In this document: positions 47,986 to 58,330 of the stretch, in pieces
Numbering within the stretch: position 1 is the stretch's first letter
How the letters are laid out: each line of letters starts with the position of its first letter
Origin: Bacteroidia bacterium
Lineage (GTDB): Bacteria > Bacteroidota > Bacteroidia > AKYH767-A > 2013-40CM-41-45
Direction: 5' to 3'
DNA: 64,000 nt
Assembly (NCBI GenBank): GCA_035341855.1
Contig: DAOQWA010000002.1
Location: 17,189 to 81,188, forward strand
Translations under genes and position numbers: made by a program
The notes under the pieces: generated by a model
What the model was told of the DNA's origin: nothing
The model's input: the letters and a program-made list of their open reading frames with translations, nothing else
The model's database searches: none

Positions 47986-48675
47986 TCATTTCTCTGCTTC
48001 AAGTAATTGTTCAACAAGTTGAGGAACTCCGATGCCGGCTTCCTTTTGAATAATGGTAAACCCGTGTACTCTCCCGGAAGCTTTCGGGTCGACAAGAAAC
48101 TTCTTACAGTGCGGTGGAACATAGTGGATCAATCCTGCTGCAGGATAAACTGCAAGTGATGTCCCTACTACCAATAAATAATCAGCCTCAGACATAATTT
48201 GTGCAGCTACTTCCAATTCAGACACGACTTCACCAAACCAAACAATGTGCGGTCTTAGTTGCGAACCCAATTCACATGTTTGTCCAACAAGAATATCTTC
48301 CCCTCCAATGTCATAGATTAATGATTCGTCAACCGAACTTCTAGCCTTTGTGATCTCACCATGAAGATGAACAATTCTTCTCGATCCTGCGCGCTCATGC
48401 AGGTCATCAATATTCTGGGTTATCACATAAGTTGAAAAATACGTTTCCAGGCCGGCAATAGCAATATGTGCCGCATTGGGAGATGCTGCAACAACTTGTC
48501 TTCGTCTGTGATTATAAAAATCCAGTACCAGTTTTGCATTTTTATGCCAGGCTTCAGGAGTAGCTACATCCTCAATCCGATGCTTCTCCCATAAGCCATC
48601 ACCGTCCCGAAAAGTCTGAATTCCACTTTCCGCACTTACTCCCGCACCGGTAAATACAACCAGATTTTTCATCAA
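47986..48675 (-). CDS. NAD-dependent protein deacylase (Sir2/CobB family)
   Basis: GAGVSAESGIQTFRDGDGLW NAD-binding motif, Zn-binding Cys pairs, 229 aa. Confidence 0.9.
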   Translation of the reverse strand: MMKNLVVFTGAGVSAESGIQTFRDGDGLWEKHRIEDVATPEAWHKNAKLVLDFYNHRRRQVVAASPNAAHIAIAGLETYFSTYVITQNIDDLHERAGSRRIVHLHGEITKARSSVDESLIYDIGGEDILVGQTCELGSQLRPHIVWFGEVVSELEVAAQIMSEADYLLVVGTSLAVYPAAGLIHYVPPHCKKFLVDPKASGRVHGFTIIQKEAGIGVPQLVEQLLEAEK

Positions 48676-48761
48676 AGCAAAAGTCAGAAAAACAGATTTA
48701 TTGGATGACCCAATTCCGGGATGTTATCAACAAAATCAAATGAATAAGAAGAGGATAAAAA

Positions 48762-49730
48762 TCAGCTTCGTAAACTCCAATGACCTTCAAGTTTAAACCC
48801 GTTCAAAAAATCTTTTACGACAACTTTATTTCTGCCTGCTAATTGAATTTCTTCGAGCTCTAGGTAGCCTCTTAAGAAGTATATCCTGAGATAGCTTTTA
48901 TTATCAGACTCGATAGTGCCGGGATTGAAATTATGGGAATACTCTTTTGCCTGAGACTTGAAAATTTTAATTGTTATACTTAGTCCTGATTCCCTGTTAT
49001 ATAATTCGGCATAGGCAGCAGGATAAGGTGAAAGCCCGCGAATAAAATTATAAGCATCCGAAAACAGCATTTTGCAATTTAGTCTGGTGTTTTCTTTATT
49101 TAACTTAGGAGCCGATCTTAAAGGTGTATCTGAATTTCCGGATTGACTTTTTAGTTTGAAGGCTGAATCTGAAATAGCACAGGCTGTTTTAACAACAAGT
49201 TCTGCTCCAATTAGTTTTAATCTGTCATGTAGCTCTCCTGCCGTTTCATCATGGCCGATGGAAGTTTTTTCCTGAAAGATAATATCTCCTGTATCAATTT
49301 CATGTTGGAGAAAAAATGTAGTCACCCCTGTTTCTGTTTCACCGTTCATAATTGCCCAATTGATGGGTGCAGCTCCACGGTATTGTGGTAATAAGGATGC
49401 ATGTAAATTAAAGGTACCTTTACCTGGAAGGCGCCATACCTTCTCAGGCATCATCCGAAACGCAACAACAATCTGAAGATCGGGATTGATCTCTTTGATC
49501 TGTTCTATAAAATCATCGTCTTTCATGTTGTTCGGCTGAAGAACAGGAATGTTTTTCTCCAGAGCAAATTCCTTAACTGCAGAATGCGTGAGCTTTTGGC
49601 CTCGACCGGATGGTTTATCAACTGAAGTGACTACTGCTACAATATTAAACTTATTCTCTACCAAGGCACTTAATGAAGAAACTGCAAATTCGGGTGTGCC
49701 ATAAAAAATGATTCGTAAGGGAGAACTCAT
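48762..49730 (-). CDS. fmt: methionyl-tRNA formyltransferase
   Basis: LRIIFYGTPEFAV N-terminus and HASLLPQYRGAAPINW catalytic motif. Start trimmed to MSSPL, which removes the overlap with the upstream MATE gene. Confidence 0.9.
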   Translation of the reverse strand: MSSPLRIIFYGTPEFAVSSLSALVENKFNIVAVVTSVDKPSGRGQKLTHSAVKEFALEKNIPVLQPNNMKDDDFIEQIKEINPDLQIVVAFRMMPEKVWRLPGKGTFNLHASLLPQYRGAAPINWAIMNGETETGVTTFFLQHEIDTGDIIFQEKTSIGHDETAGELHDRLKLIGAELVVKTACAISDSAFKLKSQSGNSDTPLRSAPKLNKENTRLNCKMLFSDAYNFIRGLSPYPAAYAELYNRESGLSITIKIFKSQAKEYSHNFNPGTIESDNKSYLRIYFLRGYLELEEIQLAGRNKVVVKDFLNGFKLEGHWSLRS

Positions 49731-49740
49731 AAGTTTTTTT

Positions 49741-51072
49741 TTAAAGTTCAATTTTCTTCCATCGGTCACCACGAAGATAAATATAAGATGCCATGCCGGT
49801 AACTCCCCAATATATTATTTCAGAGAACCATACGGTTTCAACTTTTTTTGAAATAATAAATGTGCTTATATAGACATAGATCAAATAAATGATGATTGAT
49901 GCGATCTCAATATATAATGCAATCTTAGTTGCTCCAGTTCCACTTACTGCACTTATGCATACTATTGCGAAAGAAAAGAAAAACATCGCGATATTTATTA
50001 CATAAAAAACTCCGAAAGAATCGCTTATTAGTTCCAAATCCGAAGTAAAGATCCCAAGAATCTTATGTGCAAAAATCAAATTTAACAACACCATTATTAC
50101 AGTACATGAGAATGTCAACTTCAGAATACGGTGGAGCAGAAGGAGTACTTCCTCTTTCTTTCCTTGACCGATTACATTGCTGATCATACTATTTGCTGCT
50201 ACTGAAAACCCCCACATTGGTGTCATACTTAACATATAAGCCGCTCTTACAATATTAGATATTGCCAATTCGTGTGCGCCTATTTTCTCTATGAATAGAA
50301 AGAATACCAACCATGCACCCATGGACAGCAGGTTCTGCATAATGATCGGAGCCGATAAATTAACAATACTTGAGAAAAGCTCATGCTGCCATTTCCTTAT
50401 CTTGAATAAGTTAAAATTCTTTATGTCAGGCTTAAAGAAGGTGTAAACTACAAGAATGACCAAAGAAAGGAATTCTGCGAGGCTAGAAGCAAGTCCCGCC
50501 CCGGCAATTCCCATCTTTGGCAGTCCTCCATGTCCAAAGATCAGCAGATAACATAGCACTATATTAAATGCAGCCATTATAAATGCATACCATCCGAATA
50601 CTTTTGGCTGAGCAATTCCGACATAGAATGATCGATATGCAGTAGCGATCATCAGAAACACAAAACCGAACGATCTGAATTTCATAAACTCTGCTGCAGC
50701 TTCGGCAATTGAAGGCGAACCAATAACCTGTTTTAATAGAAAAGGAGAAAGGAAATATAAGGCCAGGAATAAGGAAAACCCTATTGATAAAAATATGACC
50801 ATGCTATGATCGAAAATCTTTCCAATTTCCTGTTCATTTTTTTCTCCTGCGCGGCGGGCTATTAATATTTGTGTGCCAATACCTAAAGAAGTACCTATCA
50901 TTGCCAGGGCGAAATATAATACACCGGCAATTGCCGAAGCACCTAGTTCAACCTCACCAACTCTTCCTAGAAATGCGGTGTCAGTTGCATTCAGGACAGT
51001 AGTCGCTAACGCACCAACCATTACTGGATAGGATATTCGTAATATCTCTTTATATGTTATGCCTACTTGCAT
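49741..51072 (-). CDS. MATE family efflux transporter
   Basis: 443 aa, 12-TM, typical MATE N-terminus (ILRISYPVMVGALATTVLNATDTAFLG). Confidence 0.85.
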   Translation of the reverse strand: MQVGITYKEILRISYPVMVGALATTVLNATDTAFLGRVGEVELGASAIAGVLYFALAMIGTSLGIGTQILIARRAGEKNEQEIGKIFDHSMVIFLSIGFSLFLALYFLSPFLLKQVIGSPSIAEAAAEFMKFRSFGFVFLMIATAYRSFYVGIAQPKVFGWYAFIMAAFNIVLCYLLIFGHGGLPKMGIAGAGLASSLAEFLSLVILVVYTFFKPDIKNFNLFKIRKWQHELFSSIVNLSAPIIMQNLLSMGAWLVFFLFIEKIGAHELAISNIVRAAYMLSMTPMWGFSVAANSMISNVIGQGKKEEVLLLLHRILKLTFSCTVIMVLLNLIFAHKILGIFTSDLELISDSFGVFYVINIAMFFFSFAIVCISAVSGTGATKIALYIEIASIIIYLIYVYISTFIISKKVETVWFSEIIYWGVTGMASYIYLRGDRWKKIEL

Positions 51073-51120
51073 TTCACTTACTGAATTTCATTAATGAATT
51101 GTGAAACCTATTCTTTTAAT

Positions 51121-52305
51121 TTATTCGACATACAATGCCAGGCCCTTAAGATACTCACCTTCCGGATGAAAAACTGAAACCGGATGATCCGGACCTTGGC
51201 TAAGTTGATGGAGTATTTTGACGTTTCGTCCACATTGCGCAGCCGCTTGAAAAACAATCTTTCGAAACATCTGTTTGTCGATAACTTGTGAACAGGAAAA
51301 GGTAAACAATATTCCTCCCTTAGAAATTCTCTTTATACCTTCTGTGTTTAAATTGCGATATCCAATAATCGCTTTTTTTGCCGAACTTAAATGCTTTGCA
51401 AATGCAGGTGGATCTAAGATTATCACATCATAATAATCCTGACTTTTTTTTAGAAAATCGAATACATCTTCCTTAAAAAAGGTATGTCTTGCCTGGCCGG
51501 CATTTAACTCTGCATTTCTCACAGCCCACTCCTGAGCCTTAGCAGAACTATCAACTGAATGTACCTGAGAAGCTTCTGCGTTCAAAGCATACATTGAGAA
51601 GCCGCCTGAGTAAGAAAAGGTGTTGAGCACTCTTTTACCACTTGAATATTTTTGAATCAGCTTACGATTTTCACGTTGATCAATGAAGAAGCCGGTCTTT
51701 TGTCCTTCATCCCAATTGATATAAAATTTTATTCCGTTCTCCATGACAACGTCATCGAGTTTGCTACCATGCAGCAAAGAATTTGAACTTTCCGCAGCAG
51801 CATTCTTGCGAAGAGTATCATCGCTCTTATTGTAGATGGTATTAATGCCAAGTTCCGGAAAACTCAAAATTGTTGAACTAATGTCTGTCATAGCATTATA
51901 CATCCCGATCGTATGTGCCTGTATGACAGCTGTAGTTCCATACACATCAACTATCAAACCCGGCAGACCATCGCCTTCAGCATGTATAAGACGATAAATA
52001 TTAGTGGACTGATTACCTACCAACCCTACTGATTTCCTTAATTCGATTGCCCTGCGAAACTTATCCAGCCAAAAGTCTTTACCAAATTCAGTTTTCTCAA
52101 ATGAAAAAATTCGGACTTTAATCGATCCCTCATGATAATGACCGGTTGCAAGATAATTCCCATCACAGGAAAACACTTCTACAACATCTCCTTCACGCAC
52201 AGCGGGAGCTACAGATTTTACTGCTCCTGAAAAAACCCATGGATGGAATAAACGTACTGATCGCTCTTTAGCAGGATGGAGGACGAGCTGTGCAAAATTA
52301 TTCAT
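51121..52305 (-). CDS. class I SAM-dependent rRNA methyltransferase, RlmI/RlmK-like (PUA-like + MTase)
   Basis: PUA-like N-domain, then a Rossmann fold with VLNTFSYSGGFS and ILDPPAF motifs. Confidence 0.75.
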   Translation of the reverse strand: MNNFAQLVLHPAKERSVRLFHPWVFSGAVKSVAPAVREGDVVEVFSCDGNYLATGHYHEGSIKVRIFSFEKTEFGKDFWLDKFRRAIELRKSVGLVGNQSTNIYRLIHAEGDGLPGLIVDVYGTTAVIQAHTIGMYNAMTDISSTILSFPELGINTIYNKSDDTLRKNAAAESSNSLLHGSKLDDVVMENGIKFYINWDEGQKTGFFIDQRENRKLIQKYSSGKRVLNTFSYSGGFSMYALNAEASQVHSVDSSAKAQEWAVRNAELNAGQARHTFFKEDVFDFLKKSQDYYDVIILDPPAFAKHLSSAKKAIIGYRNLNTEGIKRISKGGILFTFSCSQVIDKQMFRKIVFQAAAQCGRNVKILHQLSQGPDHPVSVFHPEGEYLKGLALYVE

Positions 52306-52324
52306 ATCGGTAAAGAAAAAGAAA

Positions 52325-52936
52325 TTATCCGGATGCCAAATCCAATTTTTCCAAATGCCTGTGGTTCACATAGAAACGATAGGGTAAAAGTGCATCCTTC
52401 CCTGCATAAGCAACTCCAATCCTGTGTCCGCTTTGTATTAAGCTTCTGTCTTTGAGATATGCCTTCCCGGTGATATAGATTTTACTCTTGTTCAAGAGTG
52501 TCCCATTCTCATTTATAGTAATACCTAATCCCTTTGTCATATTACCCGGACCAACACAAAGCTGTGAATCAGCAATTGATGTCCCCGACCTTCTTTTTCT
52601 AATGGTTCCTATGCCTGTCACCGGATAAATTGAACGAATGAGTATTGCATCCGGGATATCTTTAGCATTCGTTACGATATTGAACAAATGGTGGATCCCA
52701 TAACACAAATAAACGTAGATTGTGCCTGCTTCCTGATACATAACTTCAGTCCTTGCTGTTCTTCTTCCTCCAAAAGCATGACTGGCCCTGTCTTGTATAC
52801 CTGAATATGCTTCCGTTTCTGTAATGATCCCACCCGTTTTGATATTATCGAAATTGCTATAAATTAATTTACCGATCAATTCTTGGGCTATGACGGTTAC
52901 ATCTTTCCTTTTGAAAAAACTTTCGCTAATCAGCAT
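52325..52936 (-). CDS. DNA-3-methyladenine glycosylase (Mpg/AAG family)
   Basis: About 200 aa. N-terminal FFKRKDVTVIAQELIGKLI matches the Mpg-family start. Confidence 0.75.
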   Translation of the reverse strand: MLISESFFKRKDVTVIAQELIGKLIYSNFDNIKTGGIITETEAYSGIQDRASHAFGGRRTARTEVMYQEAGTIYVYLCYGIHHLFNIVTNAKDIPDAILIRSIYPVTGIGTIRKRRSGTSIADSQLCVGPGNMTKGLGITINENGTLLNKSKIYITGKAYLKDRSLIQSGHRIGVAYAGKDALLPYRFYVNHRHLEKLDLASG

Positions 52937-52950
52937 ATCAATATTAAAAA

Positions 52951-54879
52951 TTAGGAATTATCTTCCTGCATGGTATTCCATGCAAGCATATTCCCTTTCG
53001 AATAGATAATTTTTTCATTATCCAACAACCATTCTAATACCTTTAAACTTATTTCTTCCTTTGAACCCTGAAGGTGACCAACAAGTTCGTGAATGGAATA
53101 CTTTTTATTTTTAAGCAAGGCTTCAACATTCTTACTGACCTGTTCAAATTCAAGATCGCTCACACCGGTTTTATTCCTGCCCAGACAATAATCACATACT
53201 CCGCAACGATGCCATGTCTCTTCTCCGAAATAGGCTAACAACATCTGACTCCTGCACCTTGATTTTTCCGTAGCATAATTCAAGACAGCTTTTCCGCGCT
53301 TCAGATATCTTTCTTTTCTTTCTTCCAGATTTTTTTTATCAATAGCCAGAGTTTTTGAATCTTGTCTAGGTTCAAGAAAAGTAAGTTGGGGTGTATCCTT
53401 CGCTGGAAGGTATGAGATAATCTTTAACTGCTGGAGATGTAAAAGATGCTTGATAACTTCTGCAGGGGATATATCTGCTCTTTTGGCAATCTGATCTTCA
53501 TGAATAAAAACATAATCATCAAATAATCCTTCATATGACCTAAGTATTACCTTTATAAAGTGATCGAGTATAGGATTCTTAACCTGAAAATCGTAAAGTT
53601 GATCACGATGTGTGGTAAAGTGTATCCTGGACTGAAGTTCAACACTTCCGGTATATTCAATAAGTCCCTGCAGCTCCAGTATCTTAATACAATTGTATGT
53701 TTCATTCACCTGAAAATTATATTGGGCACAAAAATTTGAAAGATGGAAATCGAAACTAATACCTTGTCCGGTACCGTTGGCCAGGCTGAAAAAATTTCCC
53801 AGACTCTGATAAACACCCCGTATTTGTTTTATAGAAGGAAAATTTGATCTGGCCCTTTGCTCCATTTCTGCTTTGTCTGATTCATTAAAAAGCAAGACTG
53901 CATAAGCCCTTTCTTCGTCACGTCCTGCGCGTCCGGCTTCCTGATAATAGGCCTCTAAGCTCTCCGGCAAATCCAGGTGAATAACAAACCGAACATTTCC
54001 TTTGTCTATGCCCATACCAAAAGCATTTGTTGCTACAACCACCCGCATGCTACCACTCATCCATTGGTCCTGAACTTTAGTTCTTTCTGATGCACTAAGC
54101 CCGCCATGGTAAAACCCCGCACTAATATTATTTCTTTTGAGAAACTCTGCGATCTCTCTTGTTTTCTTTCTGGTTCGGACATAAACCACTCCTGTACCGG
54201 GAACATTATTTATTACTTTCACCATACGGTGAAGTTTATCATCTTCCCTTAATACAACATATGATAGATTCTTCCTTTCAAAACTCTTTCGAAACAAAGC
54301 GCTGTTTCGGAATGCTAATTGTTTTTGAATATCCTTCTGAACTTCAGGGGTTGCTGTGGCAGTGAGTGCGAGAACAGGTACATCAGGAATATACGTTCTT
54401 ACCTCAGAAATTTTCAGGTAGGACGGACGAAAGTCATATCCCCATTGCGAAATACAATGAGACTCATCAATGGCCAACAAACTAATATTCATATTTTGAA
54501 CTCGCTCGATAAATAGAGGAGAGGAGAGTCGTTCAGGACTGAGGTATAAAAATTTTATATTCCCATGAATACAATTATCCAGAGCTATATCAATTTCATT
54601 CCGTGTCATTCCGGAAACGACGGACACTGCCGGAATACCTTTTCGCCGTAGGCCTTCTACCTGATCTTTCATCAACGCAATGAGTGGGGAGACCACCAGA
54701 CAAAGACCTTCTTTAGCCATGGCAGGAACCTGGAAGCAAATTGATTTCCCGCCTCCTGTAGGCATCAGTGCAAGCGTATCTTTGCCTTCCAAAACGGAAA
54801 GAATGATATCTTCCTGGAGGCTTCGAAACCGACCATATCCCCAGTATTGAGAAAGTATTTGTTGGATTTTAGTTTTCAA
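52951..54879 (-). CDS. recQ: ATP-dependent DNA helicase RecQ
   Basis: FRSLQEDII N-terminus, DEAH-box DESHCIS, zinc-binding CxxCDxC (CGVCDYC), RQC/HRDC tail. 642 aa. Confidence 0.92.
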   Translation of the reverse strand: MKTKIQQILSQYWGYGRFRSLQEDIILSVLEGKDTLALMPTGGGKSICFQVPAMAKEGLCLVVSPLIALMKDQVEGLRRKGIPAVSVVSGMTRNEIDIALDNCIHGNIKFLYLSPERLSSPLFIERVQNMNISLLAIDESHCISQWGYDFRPSYLKISEVRTYIPDVPVLALTATATPEVQKDIQKQLAFRNSALFRKSFERKNLSYVVLREDDKLHRMVKVINNVPGTGVVYVRTRKKTREIAEFLKRNNISAGFYHGGLSASERTKVQDQWMSGSMRVVVATNAFGMGIDKGNVRFVIHLDLPESLEAYYQEAGRAGRDEERAYAVLLFNESDKAEMEQRARSNFPSIKQIRGVYQSLGNFFSLANGTGQGISFDFHLSNFCAQYNFQVNETYNCIKILELQGLIEYTGSVELQSRIHFTTHRDQLYDFQVKNPILDHFIKVILRSYEGLFDDYVFIHEDQIAKRADISPAEVIKHLLHLQQLKIISYLPAKDTPQLTFLEPRQDSKTLAIDKKNLEERKERYLKRGKAVLNYATEKSRCRSQMLLAYFGEETWHRCGVCDYCLGRNKTGVSDLEFEQVSKNVEALLKNKKYSIHELVGHLQGSKEEISLKVLEWLLDNEKIIYSKGNMLAWNTMQEDNS

Positions 54880-54941
54880 CGCCGGTTTTTTATCTCTGAT
54901 TTTAATTGCATAAATATCCGAAATAAAGGATTAGGTTGATC

Positions 54942-54985
54942 CAAAAAAAAATCGAACCAGGCACAAGGACCGGTTCGATTTTTTA
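54942..54985 (-). terminator. rho-independent terminator downstream of clpB
   Basis: ATCGAACC...GGTTCGAT 8-bp stem with flanking A8 on the + strand (U-run on the clpB transcript). Confidence 0.6.
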
Positions 54986-55050
54986 TATTTCATCAGGTTT
55001 TACTTGACCACCATGGCCTTAGTAAGGAGAAGTACAATTTTACACCGACG

Positions 55051-57663
55051 TTAAACTTCTACTTCAGATTCAACATTTGTAAAGACGAACTCCTTATTTT
55101 TATCAATATCGAGTTTGATATGATCATTGTTTCTCACCTTGCCGCTCAGGATCTGTTTAGATAATTCGTTTAACAGTTTTTTCTGCATCACCCTCTTTAA
55201 TGGTCTGGCTCCAAACTGAGGATCAAAACCAAGTTGTGCAATCCAATCGATAGCCTCGTCGCTGGCTGAAATGCTAAAACCATTAGCTTTCAGCATAGTT
55301 TGTACATGTTTGAATTGCAATTCGACAATTTCTCTGACTTCTTCCCTTGTCAAAGGCTGGAACATGATGATCTCGTCGATCCTATTCAGAAACTCAGGCC
55401 TTATGGTCTTACGCAATAGATCGTAAACCTGAGCTTTGGCTTTGGCAACAACTGATTCACGATTTAATTCGGTCATGTCTTCAAAGCTATCCTGGATCAA
55501 ATGCGATCCTATATTGGAAGTCATTATGATAATAGTATTTTTAAAATTAGCTGTTCGTCCCTTATTATCAGTAAGTCTTCCATCATCCAATACTTGTAAC
55601 AGAATGTTGAATACATCAGGATGCGCTTTCTCAATTTCATCCAGTAAAATTACAGAGTACGGACGTCTTCTTACAGCTTCAGTAAGTTGCCCGCCTTCAT
55701 CATATCCTACGTATCCTGGAGGGGCTCCAATCAGCCTTGACACTGCATGTCGCTCCTGATACTCACTCATGTCAATGCGGGTCAGTGCATTTTCATCATT
55801 AAATAGAAATTCTGCTAAAGCTTTCGCCAATTCAGTCTTACCTACACCAGTTGTTCCAAGAAAAATAAATGAACCAATTGGTTTGCGTGCATCCTGTAAC
55901 CCGGCCCGACTTCTTCTTACAGCATCACTCAAGGCTGCAATTGCATCGGATTGTCCAACAACACGCTTATGTAATTCTTGTTCAAGATGTAATAGTTTTT
56001 CTCTTTCACTTTGTAGCATTCTGCTAACCGGTATACCGGTCCAACGAGACACCACTTCTGCGATATCTTCTGCATCCACTTCTTCCTTAATCAGGGCTTT
56101 GTCATTTTGTATTTCAGATAACTTCTTTTCCAATTCTAAAAGCTTGGTTTCAGATTCACGAACCCTACCATATCTTATCTCTGCAACTTTCCCATAATCT
56201 CCGGCCCGTTCAGCTTGTTCAGCTTCAATCTTTAAGTTCTCCAGAAATTCTTTGATATTTTGAATCCCCTGAACAATCTCTTTTTCAGATTCCCACTTGG
56301 CTCTGATCTGACTTCTTTGTTCATTCAGATTTGCTATCTCTTCATTTAGTTCAGCCAGCTTTTTTTCGTCCTTTTCCCTCTTGATTGCTTCTCGCTCAAT
56401 CTCCAGTTGCATAATACGGCGATTCATCTCGTCAAGTTCCTCAGGTACAGAATCGATTTCCATCCGGAGCTTCGACGCTGCTTCATCCATAAGATCAATA
56501 GCCTTGTCGGGTAAAAAACGATCAGATATATAGCGTTCACTTAATTCAACAGCGGAAATAATGGCCTCATCCTTAATCCTTACTTTATGATGGGTTTCAT
56601 ACTTTTCCTTTAGTCCTCGTAAAATTGATATCGCGTCTTCTGTACTCGGTTCTTCAACAACAACTTTTTGAAATCTTCTTTCCAGAGCCTTATCTTTTTC
56701 AATATATTTCTGGTATTCACCAAGAGTCGTTGCGCCAATTGCACGAAGCTCACCTCTCGCTAATGCCGGTTTAAGTATGTTTGCTGCATCCATGGCACCT
56801 TCGCCGGCACCTGCTCCAACAAGAGTATGGATCTCATCAATAAATAATACAATATCTCCATCTGCACTTATTACCTCTTTAATAACCGCTTTTAATCGCT
56901 CTTCAAACTCACCTTTGTATTTGGCTCCTGCTATCAATGCGCCCATATCAAGAGAATAAACCAGCTTGGATTTCAAATTCTCAGGGACATCACCATCAAT
57001 AATCCGGTGAGCGAGTCCTTCAGCGATAGCTGTCTTTCCTACACCGGGTTCACCAATAAGTATTGGATTGTTCTTCGTTCTACGTGAAAGTATTTGCAAT
57101 ACACGTCTAATTTCTTCATCCCGACCAATAACCGGGTCGAGCTTACCTTGCCGGGCAAGTTCATTCAAATTTCTTGCATACTTGGAAAGTGAATTATACG
57201 ATTCTTCAGCACTGGCACTGGTGACTTTTGATCCCTTACGCAATTCCCCGATTGAAGCTTTTACTTCTTTTTCATTTAGACCTTCATTTCTAAGTAGGGT
57301 ACCTGTCTTATCTTTTGATGATAAAATTGAAAGAAGGAGATGCTCAAGAGCTACGAATTCATCACCAAGATCCTTAGCCAGATTTAAAGCTTTCTGAATA
57401 ATTTTGTTTGAATCATCACTGAGATAAATTCGACCGCCGCTTACTTTGGGATAGGCTTGAATGATAGTGTCAAGTTGGGTCAGGATTTTATCTTCGCTTA
57501 CGTTGACTTTTTTGAATATAAAAGGAATAACATTCTCATCTACCTGTAACATCCCTTTCAAAATGTGAGCAGGTTCAATAGATTGTTGTCCCAGACTCTC
57601 AGCGTACTGCTGTGCCTGCTGAATAGCCTCCTGTGATTTTATTGTGAATTTATTAAAGTCCAT
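55051..57663 (-). CDS. clpB: ATP-dependent chaperone ClpB
   Basis: 870 aa, two AAA+ modules ([17 protein letters not shown]), a long middle coiled-coil and a Clp N-domain. Confidence 0.95.
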   Translation of the reverse strand: MDFNKFTIKSQEAIQQAQQYAESLGQQSIEPAHILKGMLQVDENVIPFIFKKVNVSEDKILTQLDTIIQAYPKVSGGRIYLSDDSNKIIQKALNLAKDLGDEFVALEHLLLSILSSKDKTGTLLRNEGLNEKEVKASIGELRKGSKVTSASAEESYNSLSKYARNLNELARQGKLDPVIGRDEEIRRVLQILSRRTKNNPILIGEPGVGKTAIAEGLAHRIIDGDVPENLKSKLVYSLDMGALIAGAKYKGEFEERLKAVIKEVISADGDIVLFIDEIHTLVGAGAGEGAMDAANILKPALARGELRAIGATTLGEYQKYIEKDKALERRFQKVVVEEPSTEDAISILRGLKEKYETHHKVRIKDEAIISAVELSERYISDRFLPDKAIDLMDEAASKLRMEIDSVPEELDEMNRRIMQLEIEREAIKREKDEKKLAELNEEIANLNEQRSQIRAKWESEKEIVQGIQNIKEFLENLKIEAEQAERAGDYGKVAEIRYGRVRESETKLLELEKKLSEIQNDKALIKEEVDAEDIAEVVSRWTGIPVSRMLQSEREKLLHLEQELHKRVVGQSDAIAALSDAVRRSRAGLQDARKPIGSFIFLGTTGVGKTELAKALAEFLFNDENALTRIDMSEYQERHAVSRLIGAPPGYVGYDEGGQLTEAVRRRPYSVILLDEIEKAHPDVFNILLQVLDDGRLTDNKGRTANFKNTIIIMTSNIGSHLIQDSFEDMTELNRESVVAKAKAQVYDLLRKTIRPEFLNRIDEIIMFQPLTREEVREIVELQFKHVQTMLKANGFSISASDEAIDWIAQLGFDPQFGARPLKRVMQKKLLNELSKQILSGKVRNNDHIKLDIDKNKEFVFTNVESEVEV

Positions 57664-57759
57664 TTGAATAGATATTTATGTTTTCACACAGCATATCAAT
57701 TAACCTTCCATACTGAAAAAAATAACCAATTCCGTACATTTTGACATAAAACTGTTTTA

Positions 57760-57790
57760 TTCTTTGTCACTTTGACGTAGTGACAAAGAA
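57760..57790. promoter_or_regulatory. perfect 12-bp inverted repeat TTCTTTGTCACT-N7-AGTGACAAAGAA (candidate operator) in the divergent clpB promoter region
   Basis: Palindrome read directly from the sequence. Lies between the clpB start (57663, minus strand) and the 57869 plus-strand gene. Confidence 0.4.
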
Positions 57791-57843
57791 AAGTATGGCA
57801 CATTAACATGATATAAAACATCTTTATTGTAAATCATTCTCCA

Positions 57844-57851
57844 TAAATTTG
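57844..57851 (+). promoter_or_regulatory. Bacteroidetes -7 box (TAAATTTG) for the 57869 gene
   Basis: TAnnTTTG match 17 nt upstream of the ATG. Confidence 0.35.
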
Positions 57852-57868
57852 TAGATAAACTTAAAACT

Positions 57869-58276
57869 ATGGACATCAAATTCGATAAAAGCACAAAGCT
57901 TTCAAAGTTACAAACGGATTTTCAACAGCGATTCAATTTTCTAAAAATTGAATTTTTTCGTGAAAAATCTGAGCCGAATGCTCAATACACAGCGAAGGAT
58001 ATTCTTCCCAATACACATAGTATAGGCGAAGTATCGTCAGGTTTGGAAGCAGAACCGTTGCACATTGGTGGTGGGATGAAGGTGAGAGATGTAGAGAAAG
58101 ATTTTTCTGAAAAGCTTGGACTGTACGTACAAATTTTTCGGAAATCAGGAAAGGTCTGGCTAATTACTTCTTCAACAGACCACCTTACCTTAGATCAACT
58201 CGACAAAGAAGCCAAGGCAAAGGAAACACAACCGGACACAAATTCGGAGACAATTGACTACCACGAACAAGAATAA
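57869..58276 (+). CDS. hypothetical protein
   Basis: 135-aa ORF with a -7 box upstream. No recognised domain. Confidence 0.5.
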   Translation: MDIKFDKSTKLSKLQTDFQQRFNFLKIEFFREKSEPNAQYTAKDILPNTHSIGEVSSGLEAEPLHIGGGMKVRDVEKDFSEKLGLYVQIFRKSGKVWLITSSTDHLTLDQLDKEAKAKETQPDTNSETIDYHEQE

Positions 58277-58330
58277 ATTTATTTTTTCATCTAATAAAAT
58301 CTCCGGAATTGAGTTTTTTTAGATATGTAA

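Noticed and set aside
57664-57868. Possible CIRCE/HrcA operator upstream of clpB
   Set aside because: The palindrome present (TTCTTTGTCACT-N7-AGTGACAAAGAA) does not match the CIRCE consensus TTAGCACTC-N9-GAGTGCTAA. It is reported instead as an uncharacterised inverted repeat.
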